64,000 bases of DNA, taken from assembly GCA_964597045.1 (NCBI GenBank), contig CAZQWE010000002.1, positions 181,175-245,174 on the forward strand. Direction: 5' to 3'. Both the position numbers and the translations under genes were made by a program. The stretch is from an uncultured Alphaproteobacteria bacterium. Its GTDB lineage: Bacteria > Pseudomonadota > Alphaproteobacteria > UBA9655. This document shows positions 36,561-47,000 of this stretch, piece after piece. Within the stretch, counting starts at the first letter, position 1. Each line of letters begins with the position of its first letter. Under the pieces are notes generated by a model. That model saw nothing but the letters and a program-made list of their open reading frames with translations, did no database searches and was not told the DNA's origin.

Positions 36561-36658
36561 GTCATTCCTGCGAAAGCAGGAACCTCAGGCAACAGCTTAT
36601 TTCGGTCGCTTGCGACCGACACCCCACCGCATGAGATCCCTGCTTTCGCAGGGATGAC
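36561..36658. repeat. 98-bp compound palindromic (MITE/REP-like) element
   Basis: Terminal inverted repeats GTCATTCCTGCGAAAGCAGGAA (36561-36582) and ATCCCTGCTTTCGCAGGGATGAC (36636-36658). Each is itself a hairpin. A central hairpin TCGGTCGCTTGCGACCGA sits at 36602-36619. A GGGATGAC half-site follows at 36669-36677. Confidence 0.7.
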
Positions 36659-36714
36659 GCTAGCTGGGTGGGATGACACCTTGTCGGGAAAGACTCCTCT
36701 CACACTAATGTCCC

Positions 36715-39594
36715 TTAAAAATTATACCCAAGAGCCAGCATCAGCTCTCCTGACTTCTCGCCACTTCCAACCGCTCCACTAACATCACCGGAAACATAGA
36801 ACCCCCCCTTAAATTCAGTGGTTAACCCAAGGCCCGCTCTGAAGAGATTCCTGACTTTATTATCTCCTCGTATTGTGGCGTTTAAGGATTGGCCCTCAAA
36901 GGCAAAATTAATCTTATGGCCGCTTTTATTTAAGGGCTGCTTTTTAACCCAAGATAACCTTAGTGTTGGGTAGATTAACGTTTCCCCACTTGTAAAAATC
37001 TGTGAAAAGAGAGAACCAAGCTCTGTCCTCAAAAACTGAGCTGTTTTGTTATTGATACGCACATTAATACTTCCAGCCCCTCTCTCTTGGAAAGCCTTCT
37101 CATGAAACGAAGCATATCCAACATTAACGAAAGGTTGAAGAACGGTTGATTGCAACGCAAGAACATATCCTGCTTCCAAATCCGCTGATACATCAAATCC
37201 CCTGTGCTTTCCTTCAGCTGTCCTGCCCAAGAAATTTATGGACCGATGGGTATGATAGCGGGAAGCTCCCCCAAGAGCTTGACCATCAACATATATCCCC
37301 TCTTGGCTCATCCATAAACCGTAAATCCCTCCGTATACATTGCTGACCTTACCCCAGCCCCTATTCTGCAACCAATTGAAGGGTGTATTCATCACACCTC
37401 CCATAAGCCCTAAATATGTATTTTGACAAACCCGAATATCCCCCCCAAGGCTTGTACCATATGTTCTGCTTTTGGTTCCTGCCCTCCCCGACTTTCGTTG
37501 AATTTGACCAAAAGGCTCAAGCCATATATTGGTTTTCCCTACCTGGATATTCTGACTTATAGGGATATGATCTATAATAAGCTTTTCCGTTTGTTGTAAG
37601 GAAAGGACAGGCATAAGCTTCTGCCGCCTTTGAAGAGCATTATAAAATTGATTTTTCAAAAGATTGTTTGGATTACGTTTAATTTGAGAAAATTCTTTTA
37701 AATAATATGTCTCAATCAGTTTGTTTTGCTGATGGTGTACCGCATCTCTTGCCAAATTTGCTTGATCAAATGAAAGAAAACTGAGCTCACGATACACATC
37801 TGGACTCAGTTGATTTAAGGCCTCTCTCATAGACTCAATGCTCTGAAAGGAGATATTCGCCAAGGCATTGATTACCTGATGTAAGTCGGATGTAACAGTC
37901 TTTGCTGCAATGACATCATCTAAATGAGCTGCAATGGGTGCTCTCACAAACATTGAAAAATGACGCTTTGTAATGTCTATTACAATGGAATCCTTTAGGT
38001 ACTTAACCTGAAAATCAAAAATGGATGGAATAATCTTTGTGGCAAACTCCCCCTTCATCCCATTTGTTGCAGATAAGATTGTAAAGTTTTTGTTCGTAAA
38101 GTCTGCAACGTTTCCTGTGGGGTTAATCTTAAGCGTTCCATCTAAGTTTGCTTGCCCTGTAATAATCAACGAATCACTACCCGAAGCACTAACACTCACT
38201 TGATACGTTCCCGTAGCTGCTTGGGTGAAGTTACCATTGATCGTTAAGGATCCTTGGGGTGAGACGAGACCAGCATTGGTGAGGGCTCCTGATGATCCAG
38301 TACCTTGATATGTAGCCCCTGTATTGACATTAACTGGAGAACTTAGCTTACCAGTGTTTACGAGCACCCCATTTTGGGCCGTTGTGGACCCCGTGTAGGT
38401 GTTTACTCCCGAAAGGGTTAAGGCGCCCGTACCATCCTTCATTAGCCCACCAGTGCCACTTATAACGCCGGAAAAGGACATATCTTGATTTAAACCACCT
38501 ACAACTAATGTCTGCGCACCTAAAACAACTGAACCTCCACCATTAAGAGACCCTAAGTTTAGCTCAGGAGTTGCCAATCCCGTAAGGTCAACTGTCGCAG
38601 TAGAGGCATTGCTTATACTCCCCCCATTGGAAGAAGAGTTTCCTACAAATTTAAGAATGCCTATATTATTTAAACTAGCTATACCTGTCGTTGAGCTATC
38701 CGTAAAACTCATGGTTCCGTTATTGACGAGTTTAGAAGCTGAGGCTGATGAATTACCTGAAAATGTCATAGTTCCCTTATTTGTGCATGTGGCATTTTCA
38801 GCCGTAGACGTATCCGTAAAAGTCAGCGTACCGGAATTAAGGATTATCGCATTTTCAGCCCTTGAAGCATTTTGAAAGCTGATCGTTCCACCAGCATTGT
38901 TCGTAATATTTGCAGAGCGGGCAGAAGAATCGTTGAAAAATGTTATGGTGCTTAAATTGGTGATCGTTGAATTTCCAGCATCAGAGTTAACATAAAAACA
39001 AAGAGTCCCTCCTTGGTCGTTTGTAATTGTAGCATTACCCCCAGTAGAATTATTGTTGAATGTCATACTCCCTTTATTATCAACAGCAGCAGTTTGAAGG
39101 TTAGAGAAATCCGTAAGGCCCATTCTACTCCCAAGAGCATTATTATATGTTGTACTTCCTGCATAAGAATTATTAAAGAAAGCAACCGTACCAACATTAT
39201 TCACAACTATATTTGAGCTTGACATGGCATTATTAAGAAATTCAAGCGTACCGTATTGGGATATATTAAATGTTTGAGTACTATTTGAAACATTGAATAT
39301 ACCACCGTGGTTAATACGGAGGAATTGCGGCCCTGTCATAAATATATAGGCAATCGCACCATCAATAAAATTGATTTGCCCAACGCTTGCTAATCCAGAA
39401 AAATATATATGTAAGGGGAGTTGGGTACCAAAATTTGCTATATCATTCTCCCCTGGAACAACACCCGTCGACCAATTAGTCCCTGTATTCCAGTCGGTTG
39501 TTCCTGCCGCCCATGTTGCTTCATTGGCTCTCGCTTGTCCGATGAATAAAATCAAACATAAACTGAATATAATATGGGGCCTACGTTGCCACAT
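36715..39594 (-). CDS. autotransporter (type Va) outer-membrane protein, 959 aa
   Basis: Signal peptide. N-terminal ATWAAGTTDWNTGTNWSTGVVPG. About 20-aa N/T/S/G-rich beta-helix repeats. GTGALTLSGVNTYTGSTT autotransporter-associated repeat. C-terminal beta-barrel ending in ...LALGYNF. Confidence 0.85.
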   Translation of the reverse strand: MWQRRPHIIFSLCLILFIGQARANEATWAAGTTDWNTGTNWSTGVVPGENDIANFGTQLPLHIYFSGLASVGQINFIDGAIAYIFMTGPQFLRINHGGIFNVSNSTQTFNISQYGTLEFLNNAMSSSNIVVNNVGTVAFFNNSYAGSTTYNNALGSRMGLTDFSNLQTAAVDNKGSMTFNNNSTGGNATITNDQGGTLCFYVNSDAGNSTITNLSTITFFNDSSARSANITNNAGGTISFQNASRAENAIILNSGTLTFTDTSTAENATCTNKGTMTFSGNSSASASKLVNNGTMSFTDSSTTGIASLNNIGILKFVGNSSSNGGSISNASTATVDLTGLATPELNLGSLNGGGSVVLGAQTLVVGGLNQDMSFSGVISGTGGLMKDGTGALTLSGVNTYTGSTTAQNGVLVNTGKLSSPVNVNTGATYQGTGSSGALTNAGLVSPQGSLTINGNFTQAATGTYQVSVSASGSDSLIITGQANLDGTLKINPTGNVADFTNKNFTILSATNGMKGEFATKIIPSIFDFQVKYLKDSIVIDITKRHFSMFVRAPIAAHLDDVIAAKTVTSDLHQVINALANISFQSIESMREALNQLSPDVYRELSFLSFDQANLARDAVHHQQNKLIETYYLKEFSQIKRNPNNLLKNQFYNALQRRQKLMPVLSLQQTEKLIIDHIPISQNIQVGKTNIWLEPFGQIQRKSGRAGTKSRTYGTSLGGDIRVCQNTYLGLMGGVMNTPFNWLQNRGWGKVSNVYGGIYGLWMSQEGIYVDGQALGGASRYHTHRSINFLGRTAEGKHRGFDVSADLEAGYVLALQSTVLQPFVNVGYASFHEKAFQERGAGSINVRINNKTAQFLRTELGSLFSQIFTSGETLIYPTLRLSWVKKQPLNKSGHKINFAFEGQSLNATIRGDNKVRNLFRAGLGLTTEFKGGFYVSGDVSGAVGSGEKSGELMLALGYNF

Positions 39595-39662
39595 TAATAA
39601 CCTCCCTTATTAACATTATTAAGAATATATAAAACTTCAAGGGTTTTGGGAAGGAGTGATTC

Positions 39663-39691
39663 TTGACCTTTCTCTTGCAAGCCCTCATAAT
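39663..39691 (+). promoter_or_regulatory. sigma-70-type promoter (TTGACC, 17 nt spacer, CATAAT) placed for a leaderless transcript of the cupin gene
   Basis: The -35 is at 39663-39668 and the -10 at 39686-39691. The ATG at 39698 starts 7 nt after the -10. There is no Shine-Dalgarno sequence in between. Confidence 0.5.
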
Positions 39692-39697
39692 ACTTAA

Positions 39698-40045
39698 ATG
39701 ACAGATATCACATACACCAAGCTGTACACCGGAAATGACGGTAAATCCTATTTTGAAGATATTGTGGTTAATACTCCAAACGAACATCCTTTGGGTATGT
39801 ACTCCGACTTGTTTGCTGTCAAACAATTACTCTTTCGCAAGTCTATTCCTAGCAATTATGACATGCATCCCGCTCTCCAAGAAATGTTCATCGTCTATTT
39901 ATCTGGTGAAGCGGAAGTTGAAGCTAGCGGAGGAGAAACACGGCATTTTAAACCAGGGGATATCCTTCTTGCGATGGATACCCAAGGTGAAGGTCACAGA
40001 TCAACAATTCTTACCGAGGGTAATGCCCTTATTATTGCTCTTTAA
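39698..40045 (+). CDS. small cupin-fold protein
   Basis: 115 aa. FIVYLSGEAEVE...GETRHFKPGDILLAMDTQGEGH resembles cupin motifs. Confidence 0.5.
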   Translation: MTDITYTKLYTGNDGKSYFEDIVVNTPNEHPLGMYSDLFAVKQLLFRKSIPSNYDMHPALQEMFIVYLSGEAEVEASGGETRHFKPGDILLAMDTQGEGHRSTILTEGNALIIAL

Positions 40046-40444
40046 AGCCCGCAAAGCCTTCTCACACATCCCCTGGGGCTTCCACTCACATCCTTCACAA
40101 ACGGCATGGAAAGCATTGAGTGTCATATTCTCTTTGATTGTTTGTTTTGCCTCAGCCCACGTGATTTGATCTCCCGGCTTAAAGCCTAAGACTTGGGTAT
40201 GACGATGATCAAGGGCTTGGACCTTTGCCTCTTCTTCACATCCCCTGCTCGACAGGGAAGGACATGCTCGACAAATGGAGTCGCCTGACGAAATGACATG
40301 AATGTGAGTATTCTCATTGTTCTTTAATTCTTGCACAATATTTGCAAAATTATTCACAAAGGATGAGGAATATCCTTTCCCCTGAAATCCGAGGGTACAG
40401 AGAAAGTGATGGGGTCTAAAGGCAATAATCAATTTTTCTTCCAA
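40001..40444 (-). CDS. DUF1284-family protein (Cys-rich, putative Fe-S binding)
   Basis: FRPHHFLCTLGFQGKGYSSSFVNNF ... GDSICRACP ... C. The 3' end overlaps the cupin gene by 45 nt in convergent orientation. Confidence 0.65.
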   Translation of the reverse strand: MEEKLIIAFRPHHFLCTLGFQGKGYSSSFVNNFANIVQELKNNENTHIHVISSGDSICRACPSLSSRGCEEEAKVQALDHRHTQVLGFKPGDQITWAEAKQTIKENMTLNAFHAVCEGCEWKPQGMCEKALRALKSNNKGITLGKNC

Positions 40445-40980
40445 TACCTAACAATTTGCAAAGCAGAACATAGAATTCCTGCTTTTAAAAATCCTGGAAG
40501 GATAAAGGGCATTAAGCCATGGGTTACAGCTGCATTAAAACCGATGAGCTTGGAAAGCCATATCAGTCCGAAGGTGAAGACAATGCCCGTACCGATCAGG
40601 CATAATACAGCGTCTGCAATCATAGAGTTTAGCTGAAGCTTTTCTTTGAGATATGCCATTAAGGTTGCTGAGACCACAAAGCCAATTAAATAACCTGCTG
40701 TGGGGCCTGAAAGATGCGCAAACCCACTTCCGAAACCTGACAGCACAGGAAGACCTACGCAGGCAAGTCCAAGCCACAGGAGGTGAGCCTCAAACGCCTT
40801 ACGAGGAGAATATGTTAGCCCAATGAGCATGACCGCAACTGTCTGCAAAGTAATGGGAACAGGCTGAACTGGTATTTCAACCTGAGAGCCAGCAAACAAG
40901 AGTGCAACACCGCCAAGAACTATCCAGAAATCTGTGAGAGACTTTGACTTTGCACTTATAACTTGGAATAAATATTGCAT
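40429..40980 (-). CDS. bioY: biotin transporter BioY
   Basis: 183 aa, 5-6 TM. PVPITLQTVAVMLIGL and GPTAGYLIGF motifs. Confidence 0.85.
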   Translation of the reverse strand: MQYLFQVISAKSKSLTDFWIVLGGVALLFAGSQVEIPVQPVPITLQTVAVMLIGLTYSPRKAFEAHLLWLGLACVGLPVLSGFGSGFAHLSGPTAGYLIGFVVSATLMAYLKEKLQLNSMIADAVLCLIGTGIVFTFGLIWLSKLIGFNAAVTHGLMPFILPGFLKAGILCSALQIVRYWKKN

Positions 40981-41625
40981 TTATATCTCCTTTTCGTTTG
41001 AATTTGTTTCAGGAATTTGAGTAGCAATGAGTTTCCAATTCGGATTTGAACTTTTGATAGGTCGAGCAAATGTCCAAATGTCTGTCACCTCAGCATACCG
41101 ATCTGGATCACCTAGGATTACCTTTCCTTTAGCATCTCTGGTTACGAGGCATTGCTCGGAGACGAAACGAATCGTAATTGTCATCTCTCCTTTTTCTTCA
41201 GTTTTCTCAAGAACTTCAGTACTGATAATACGAGCTATATCAACTTCAAGAGATTTTTTTGCTCTCTTTCGTTTGATAATGGCATCTTCAAACGTCTCGA
41301 GAAGAGGGCCATCGAGAAGTTTCTTCAATGCACTTGCGTCACCCGAAGTATAGGCTTGAACAATTTGTCGAAAGGCTTTCGTTGCTCCTTCCAAAAATGT
41401 TGCCTCGTCTTGAGAAACGGCTGCGCCTGGAGTCATCTCTTCTTGTATGTCTTCTTTTTTCCTTTGGGGTTTGACTTGAGGCCTAATGGGGACGACAACG
41501 TCATCCTCTGTCGTTCGACGACGTCGAATGGGCTTATCCTTACTGTGGGTTCCGAGCACAAGCCATAACCTATAGGCGAGAAAACCCGCAAGTGCAGCAA
41601 GAAGGATAATATCTAAAAAAGCCAT
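40981..41625 (-). CDS. Tim44-like domain protein
   Basis: N-terminal TM (LDIILLAALAGFLAYRLW). C-terminal Tim44-type domain (FLEGATKAFRQIVQAYTSGD...L...TFARP....NWKL). Confidence 0.8.
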   Translation of the reverse strand: MAFLDIILLAALAGFLAYRLWLVLGTHSKDKPIRRRRTTEDDVVVPIRPQVKPQRKKEDIQEEMTPGAAVSQDEATFLEGATKAFRQIVQAYTSGDASALKKLLDGPLLETFEDAIIKRKRAKKSLEVDIARIISTEVLEKTEEKGEMTITIRFVSEQCLVTRDAKGKVILGDPDRYAEVTDIWTFARPIKSSNPNWKLIATQIPETNSNEKEI

Positions 41626-41758
41626 TTATTCAGATCCTTTCACCCAGCTACTTATACAGAGGTTTAACACCTTTGTCACCTTTCATTTATTTTTAAATAT
41701 TCATAGTTATTTAATTTATATATGATATAAATTTTACTATTAATTATTGGAGGAGCAA

Positions 41759-42394
41759 ATGAAAATTACATTTATAGGCGCCGGAAACGTGGGCTCAGCA
41801 CTTGCAAATCGTTATGAGCTCTTAGGGCATACAGTTTTCCTCGGAACAAATCATCCAGATTCAATAACCATTCAAAATGCTGTAAAACGCAACCCCAACC
41901 TCAAAGGTCTGACTGTTAAAGAAGGGATTACGCAAGCTGATGTCGTTTTTCTCGCAACTCCCTTTTCCGAAGTTGAGAAAATTCTAATGGAAAATAAATC
42001 TGAACTTAAAGGAAAAATTCTTGTTGATTGCACGAATCCTATTGGTGAGGGAATCAAGCATGCCCTTGAAAGCAGGGAGGCGGCTGCAGAACTTATCCAA
42101 AGACTTGCTCCAGAAGTTAGAGTCGTTAAAGCTTTCAACCATATGACATCGGACATTATGGAAGACAGTAAATTTCCAGATGCAAGTGTCAAGCCTGTTA
42201 TGTTTTATTGTGGAAACGATCAAAGAGCGAAGGAGGTTGTTGGAATACTTATTGAAGAACTTGGATTTGATGCTGTCGACGCAGGTCCCCTCAAAAATAG
42301 CATCCATCTTGAACATATGGCTCTTCTTTATATCAACTTGATCTTTGTAAGCGGTTTTCCCCGCAACATGGCTTTTGCTCTGCTAAAGCGTTAA
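41759..42394 (+). CDS. NAD(P)-binding oxidoreductase (F420-dependent NADP reductase / ProC-like family)
   Basis: MKITFIGAGNVGSALA Rossmann motif. ATG at 41759 with GGAGG 6 nt upstream. Confidence 0.65.
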   Translation: MKITFIGAGNVGSALANRYELLGHTVFLGTNHPDSITIQNAVKRNPNLKGLTVKEGITQADVVFLATPFSEVEKILMENKSELKGKILVDCTNPIGEGIKHALESREAAAELIQRLAPEVRVVKAFNHMTSDIMEDSKFPDASVKPVMFYCGNDQRAKEVVGILIEELGFDAVDAGPLKNSIHLEHMALLYINLIFVSGFPRNMAFALLKR

Positions 42395-42498
42395 TCCATA
42401 AACTAAAGACGCAGTTTACTTTTATAAAGTCGTAAAAACTTCTTGCAATCCAAAGCAAAAAAAGATATATGTACCCTAAATTGGTATAGTTAAAAAGA

Positions 42499-42522
42499 GT
42501 GGGCAGGCGCCCACTTTTTTTT
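42499..42522 (+). terminator. intrinsic terminator-like hairpin plus T8 immediately upstream of rimP
   Basis: GTGGGC-AGGC-GCCCAC followed by TTTTTTTT. It lies 105 nt after the upstream stop and 11 nt before the rimP ATG. Confidence 0.6.
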
Positions 42523-42532
42523 GCTCAACAGA

Positions 42533-43021
42533 ATGGAAAAGATGACACCAGAACAACGCGTGCTTGACATTATCTCCCCTGCCCTGCTTGACCGAGGGTA
42601 TGAGGTTGTGCGCGTGCAACTTCAAGGTGGGGGGAAGAAAATCCTCCAGATTATGATTGAACGCACAGATGGTGCGAACATCAAGGTTGATGACTGCACT
42701 CTTGTTAGTCGCGATGTTTCTATTCTTTTAGATCTAGACGATCCGATCCACGAACCCTATATATTAGAAGTAAGTTCTCCTGGACTTGATCGTCCCCTTA
42801 TTCAAAAAAAGGATTTTGAACGGTTTGCTGGCTCATACATTAAGATTGAGCTCAAGACTCCTCATGAAGGAAGTCGGCGGTTTAAAGGATTATTACTTGG
42901 AATTCAGGGAGATCTTGTGAAAATCGAACTGGAAACCAAAAAGGAAGTTGCAGAGTTTGCCTTTTCTGACATACAAAAGGCTAAGCTCATACCAGATTAT
43001 GAAACTGTGAAATCGAGTTGA
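42533..43021 (+). CDS. rimP: ribosome maturation factor RimP
   Basis: Family pattern (ISPALLDRGYEVVRVQL...LEVSSPGLDRPL) and position upstream of nusA. The start is ambiguous (42521 TTG, 42533 ATG or 42542 ATG). Confidence 0.85.
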   Translation: MEKMTPEQRVLDIISPALLDRGYEVVRVQLQGGGKKILQIMIERTDGANIKVDDCTLVSRDVSILLDLDDPIHEPYILEVSSPGLDRPLIQKKDFERFAGSYIKIELKTPHEGSRRFKGLLLGIQGDLVKIELETKKEVAEFAFSDIQKAKLIPDYETVKSS

Positions 43022-43029
43022 GGATAGAT

Positions 43030-44559
43030 ATGACGGATATAATTACAAGCCCAGGAAGTCGTGAAATACTAGCTGTTGCTGAAACGGTCGCCCGCGAAAA
43101 GGCCATTGAAAAGGACCAGGTCCTTGAAGCCATGGAGCAAGCGATTCAAAAAGCTGGCCGCTCAAAATATGGTTATGAGCATGATATCCGCGCTAAAATA
43201 GATCGCAAAACAGGTGACATTAGTCTGATGCGCTGCAGGGAAGTTGTGGAAGAAGTTGAAAATCCCATAACTCAAATGACCCTTGAAGAAGCGCAAGCCC
43301 TTGATCCAAAACTCAATGTCGGTGACCTGTGGACGGAGCTTCTGCCTCCTATTGATTTCGGTCGAGTCGCTGCCCAAACAGCAAAGCAAGTTATCTTTCA
43401 AAAAGTACGCGATGCTGAACGCCACCGTCAATATGAGGAATACAAAGACCGAATTGATGACATCGTAAGCGGCATTGTGAAGCGCATTGAGTTTGGAAAT
43501 GTGTTTATCGAACTTGGAAAAGCTGAAGCTCTCCTTCGTCGTGATGAGATGATCCCTCGTGAGACCTTCCGTACAGGTGATCGTATTCGTGCCTATATCT
43601 ATGATGTGCGAGAAGAGCCAAGAGGCGCTCAGATTTTTGTATCGCGGAACCGCCCTGAATTTATGGCCAAGCTTTTCGCTCAAGAGGTCCCTGAAATCTA
43701 TGACGGGGTTATAGAAATTAAGGCTGTTGCTCGTGATCCAGGGAGTCGCGCAAAAATTGCAGTCACCTCAGCTGATCCATCACTTGATCCAGTAGGGTCC
43801 TGCGTTGGTATGCGAGGAAGTCGAGTTCAAGCTGTTGTTTCCGAACTGCAAGGTGAAAAAATTGATATTATTCCGTGGTCTGCAAATCCTGCAACCTTTG
43901 TTGTAAATGCTTTGGCGCCTGCAGAAGTCGCGAAGGTCGTCGTTGATGAAGAAAGCCAACGCATTGATGTTGTTGTCCCCGATGAACAACTCAGCCTTGC
44001 CATAGGACGACGTGGCCAAAATGTAAGACTTGCTTCAATGCTTTCAGGATGGAAGATAGATATTCTAACAGAGGCTCAAGAATCTGAAAGACGAACAGAA
44101 GAAGTCAAAACAAGATCAAAACTTTTCGTTGAAGCTTTGGACGTTGATGAAATGATCGCCCATCTTCTCATTAACGAAGGCTTCACAAAGGTCGAGGAAG
44201 TCGCCTACATTGATGTCAGCGAGCTTGCCTCCATTGAAGGCTTTGACAAGGATCTTGCCGAAGAACTCCAAAATCGTGCAAAGACTTACCTTGCTGCTCA
44301 AGAGAGTCGTTTGACAAAACGCATAAAGGAGCTCAAAGTAGAGAAAGATTTATCGTCTCTCAAGGGCGTTGATCTCGATATTCTTGTTACCCTTGGTGAA
44401 AAAGGAATTCTGAAGCTCGATGATCTTGCTGATCTTGCTGGTGATGAGCTCCTTGAGTTGCTCCCAGAAGGACGACTGACAGAAGAGCAAGCTCAAAAAA
44501 TTATTATGGCCGCTCGAGCTCACTGGTTTGAGGGTGAGGATAAATCAACTGGAAAATAG
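43030..44559 (+). CDS. nusA: transcription termination/antitermination factor NusA
   Basis: S1 and KH domains ([46 protein letters not shown]) plus C-terminal acidic repeats. ATG at 43030 with GAGGA upstream. Confidence 0.95.
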   Translation: MTDIITSPGSREILAVAETVAREKAIEKDQVLEAMEQAIQKAGRSKYGYEHDIRAKIDRKTGDISLMRCREVVEEVENPITQMTLEEAQALDPKLNVGDLWTELLPPIDFGRVAAQTAKQVIFQKVRDAERHRQYEEYKDRIDDIVSGIVKRIEFGNVFIELGKAEALLRRDEMIPRETFRTGDRIRAYIYDVREEPRGAQIFVSRNRPEFMAKLFAQEVPEIYDGVIEIKAVARDPGSRAKIAVTSADPSLDPVGSCVGMRGSRVQAVVSELQGEKIDIIPWSANPATFVVNALAPAEVAKVVVDEESQRIDVVVPDEQLSLAIGRRGQNVRLASMLSGWKIDILTEAQESERRTEEVKTRSKLFVEALDVDEMIAHLLINEGFTKVEEVAYIDVSELASIEGFDKDLAEELQNRAKTYLAAQESRLTKRIKELKVEKDLSSLKGVDLDILVTLGEKGILKLDDLADLAGDELLELLPEGRLTEEQAQKIIMAARAHWFEGEDKSTGK

Positions 44560-44564
44560 TAATT

Positions 44565-47000
44565 ATGACAGATAACGACGAGAAAACAGAAGACAAAAAA
44601 CCTTTGACACTCTCTGCTAAGACTCTCACTTTAAAAAAGGGAGCTGATGGTGGACATGTGCGTCAAAGCTTTACTCACGGTCGTTCCAAAACCGTAACGG
44701 TCGAAGTTAAGAAGAAGCGTATTGTTCTTCCTGGACAGCAAAAAGATGAATCAAAAACAGCTGGCAAGCAAACCAGTTCAGCAGGTCTCACCACAAAGGA
44801 AATTGAGGAACGCTTAAAATCTATCCATGGTACGATTAAATCCCAGGCTGATGAATCAGAAAAAGCTCGCTTAGAAGCACTTGCTGAACAAGCAAGGAAA
44901 AAGGAACTTGAAGACCTGGAAAAAATATCAAAAGCTGAGGAAGAGATTCCCTCTCCTGAAACTCCTGGAGCAATCGAACCAGAAGCTCCACTTCCCGTGG
45001 ATACAGCTCACAAGAAGAAAACTGTGTATTCATCCTATGCTGAAGAAGAAGAAGAATCCGCTCGCGGAAAAATGAAAATACCGGTTACAAAAAGAACAGA
45101 ACCGAGAAGACGAGGGGGTAAGTTAACAATCGTTCAAGCCCTCACGAACGATGAAGATAAGCCAACACGAAGTATGGCTGCAATGCGTCGTCTTCGTGAA
45201 AAAAGGAAAATGGCCGGTTTTGAAAAACCACAACAGAAAGTTTTCAGAGAGATCATTCTTCCCGAAGTGATTACGGTTCAGGAACTTGCAAACCGACTTG
45301 CTGAACGTAGTGCAGATGTGATCAAAGAGCTCATGAAAATGGGTGTAATGGCAACCATCAATCAGTCTATTGACGCGGACACAGCTGAACTTATTGCCAC
45401 TGAACTAGGACATCAAGTCAAACGTGTTTCAGAAGCTGATATTGAGGTTGGCCTTCATCTGAAAGAAGAGAATGAATCTTTGATGAAGACACGCCCTCCT
45501 GTCGTAACGATTATGGGACACGTTGATCACGGAAAAACTTCCCTATTAGACGCTCTTCGAAAAACAGATGTGGTTGCAGGAGAAGCTGGTGGTATAACTC
45601 AACACATTGGTGCTTATCAAGTTGTCCTGGGTTCAAAGGATAAAATTACGTTTATCGATACTCCAGGTCACGCAGCTTTTACGGAAATGAGAGCTAGAGG
45701 TGCTAATGTCACAGATATCGTTGTTCTCGTTGTAGCTGCCGATGATGGTGTAAAGGACCAAACGATTGAAGCCATCCATCACGCAAAAGCCGCAGGTGTG
45801 CCGATCATTATTGCCATTAACAAAATCGATAAACCTGAAGCCAACCCTGAACGCGTACGTAACATGTTGATGCAACATGAAATCTACCTTGAAAAGGTGG
45901 GAGGAGATATCCTAGACGTTGAGGTTTCAGCAAAGCAAAATCTTAATCTAGATAAGCTTGAAGAAACGATTCTACTTCAAGCTGAAGTCCTTGATCTAAA
46001 AGCAAATCCAAACAGGGCTGCTGAAGGTGTTGTGATTGAAGCTAAACTTGAACGAGGACGAGGCATAGTGGCAACCGTTTTGGTTCAAAAAGGAACGCTT
46101 AAGGTAGGAGATATCTTCGTTGCAGGAGCTGAGTATGGACGTGTTCGTGCTCTCGTTGATGATCGTGGGAATCAAGTCGAATCAGCTGGCCCTTCTGAAC
46201 CCGTTGAAATCCTTGGATTTAATGGTGCACCTCTTGCCGGAGATGACTTCGTTGTTGTGGAAAATGAAAAGAGAGCTAGTGAAGTCTCTGATTTCAGACA
46301 ACGCCGTGCACGTGAGCTCAAGTCTGTTCTCTCCGCAAGAGGAACTATGGAGCAAATGTTCACCAAGATTTCTGAGGGCGTAGCCTCTGAACTTCCCATT
46401 ATCATCAAATCAGACGTTCAAGGATCTATGGAAGCTATTAGTGGAAGCTTGGGTAAACTCACAACGGAGGAAGTTAAGGTGAATATCCTCCACTCCGCCG
46501 TCGGAGAAATTACAGAAAGCGATGTAACTCTTGCAAAAGCTTCTCATGCCATGATTGTTGGGTTTAACGTACGGGCAAACCCTCAAGCGCGGGAGGCAGC
46601 CCGCAGAGACGGAGTCGATATTCGTTATTATTCAATTATTTACGATGTCGTCGACGATATTAAGGCTGCCCTTGGAGGCTTACTGGCTCCCACTTTACGC
46701 GAAAAATACCTAGGTGCTGCCGCGATTCGCGACGTCTTTAGCATTTCAAAAGTAGGTAAAGTTGCAGGATGTATGGTTACTGAAGGTCTTGTCAAGAGAG
46801 GAGCCAAGGTTAGGCTTCTACGTGATAATGTTGTTATTCATGAAGGAAGCCTCAAAACCCTCAAGCGCTTCAAGGACGAAGTTAAGGAAGTCCGAGAAGG
46901 ATACGAGTGTGGTATGGCCTTTGAAAACTATAATGATATCAAAGAAGGCGATACCATTGAGTGCTTTGAAATTGAGGAAATTTCACGGACACTTGATTAA
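44565..47000 (+). CDS. infB: translation initiation factor IF-2
   Basis: G-domain [17 protein letters not shown] and NKID. 811 aa. Follows nusA. Confidence 0.95.
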   Translation: MTDNDEKTEDKKPLTLSAKTLTLKKGADGGHVRQSFTHGRSKTVTVEVKKKRIVLPGQQKDESKTAGKQTSSAGLTTKEIEERLKSIHGTIKSQADESEKARLEALAEQARKKELEDLEKISKAEEEIPSPETPGAIEPEAPLPVDTAHKKKTVYSSYAEEEEESARGKMKIPVTKRTEPRRRGGKLTIVQALTNDEDKPTRSMAAMRRLREKRKMAGFEKPQQKVFREIILPEVITVQELANRLAERSADVIKELMKMGVMATINQSIDADTAELIATELGHQVKRVSEADIEVGLHLKEENESLMKTRPPVVTIMGHVDHGKTSLLDALRKTDVVAGEAGGITQHIGAYQVVLGSKDKITFIDTPGHAAFTEMRARGANVTDIVVLVVAADDGVKDQTIEAIHHAKAAGVPIIIAINKIDKPEANPERVRNMLMQHEIYLEKVGGDILDVEVSAKQNLNLDKLEETILLQAEVLDLKANPNRAAEGVVIEAKLERGRGIVATVLVQKGTLKVGDIFVAGAEYGRVRALVDDRGNQVESAGPSEPVEILGFNGAPLAGDDFVVVENEKRASEVSDFRQRRARELKSVLSARGTMEQMFTKISEGVASELPIIIKSDVQGSMEAISGSLGKLTTEEVKVNILHSAVGEITESDVTLAKASHAMIVGFNVRANPQAREAARRDGVDIRYYSIIYDVVDDIKAALGGLLAPTLREKYLGAAAIRDVFSISKVGKVAGCMVTEGLVKRGAKVRLLRDNVVIHEGSLKTLKRFKDEVKEVREGYECGMAFENYNDIKEGDTIECFEIEEISRTLD

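Noticed and set aside
36521-36782. ORFs 36521-36703 (-) and 36540-36782 (+) (60 and 80 aa)
   Set aside because: Both are read-throughs of the palindromic repeat element. The mirrored peptides IPAKAG/PAFAGMT arise on both strands because of the inverted repeats, so these are not genes.
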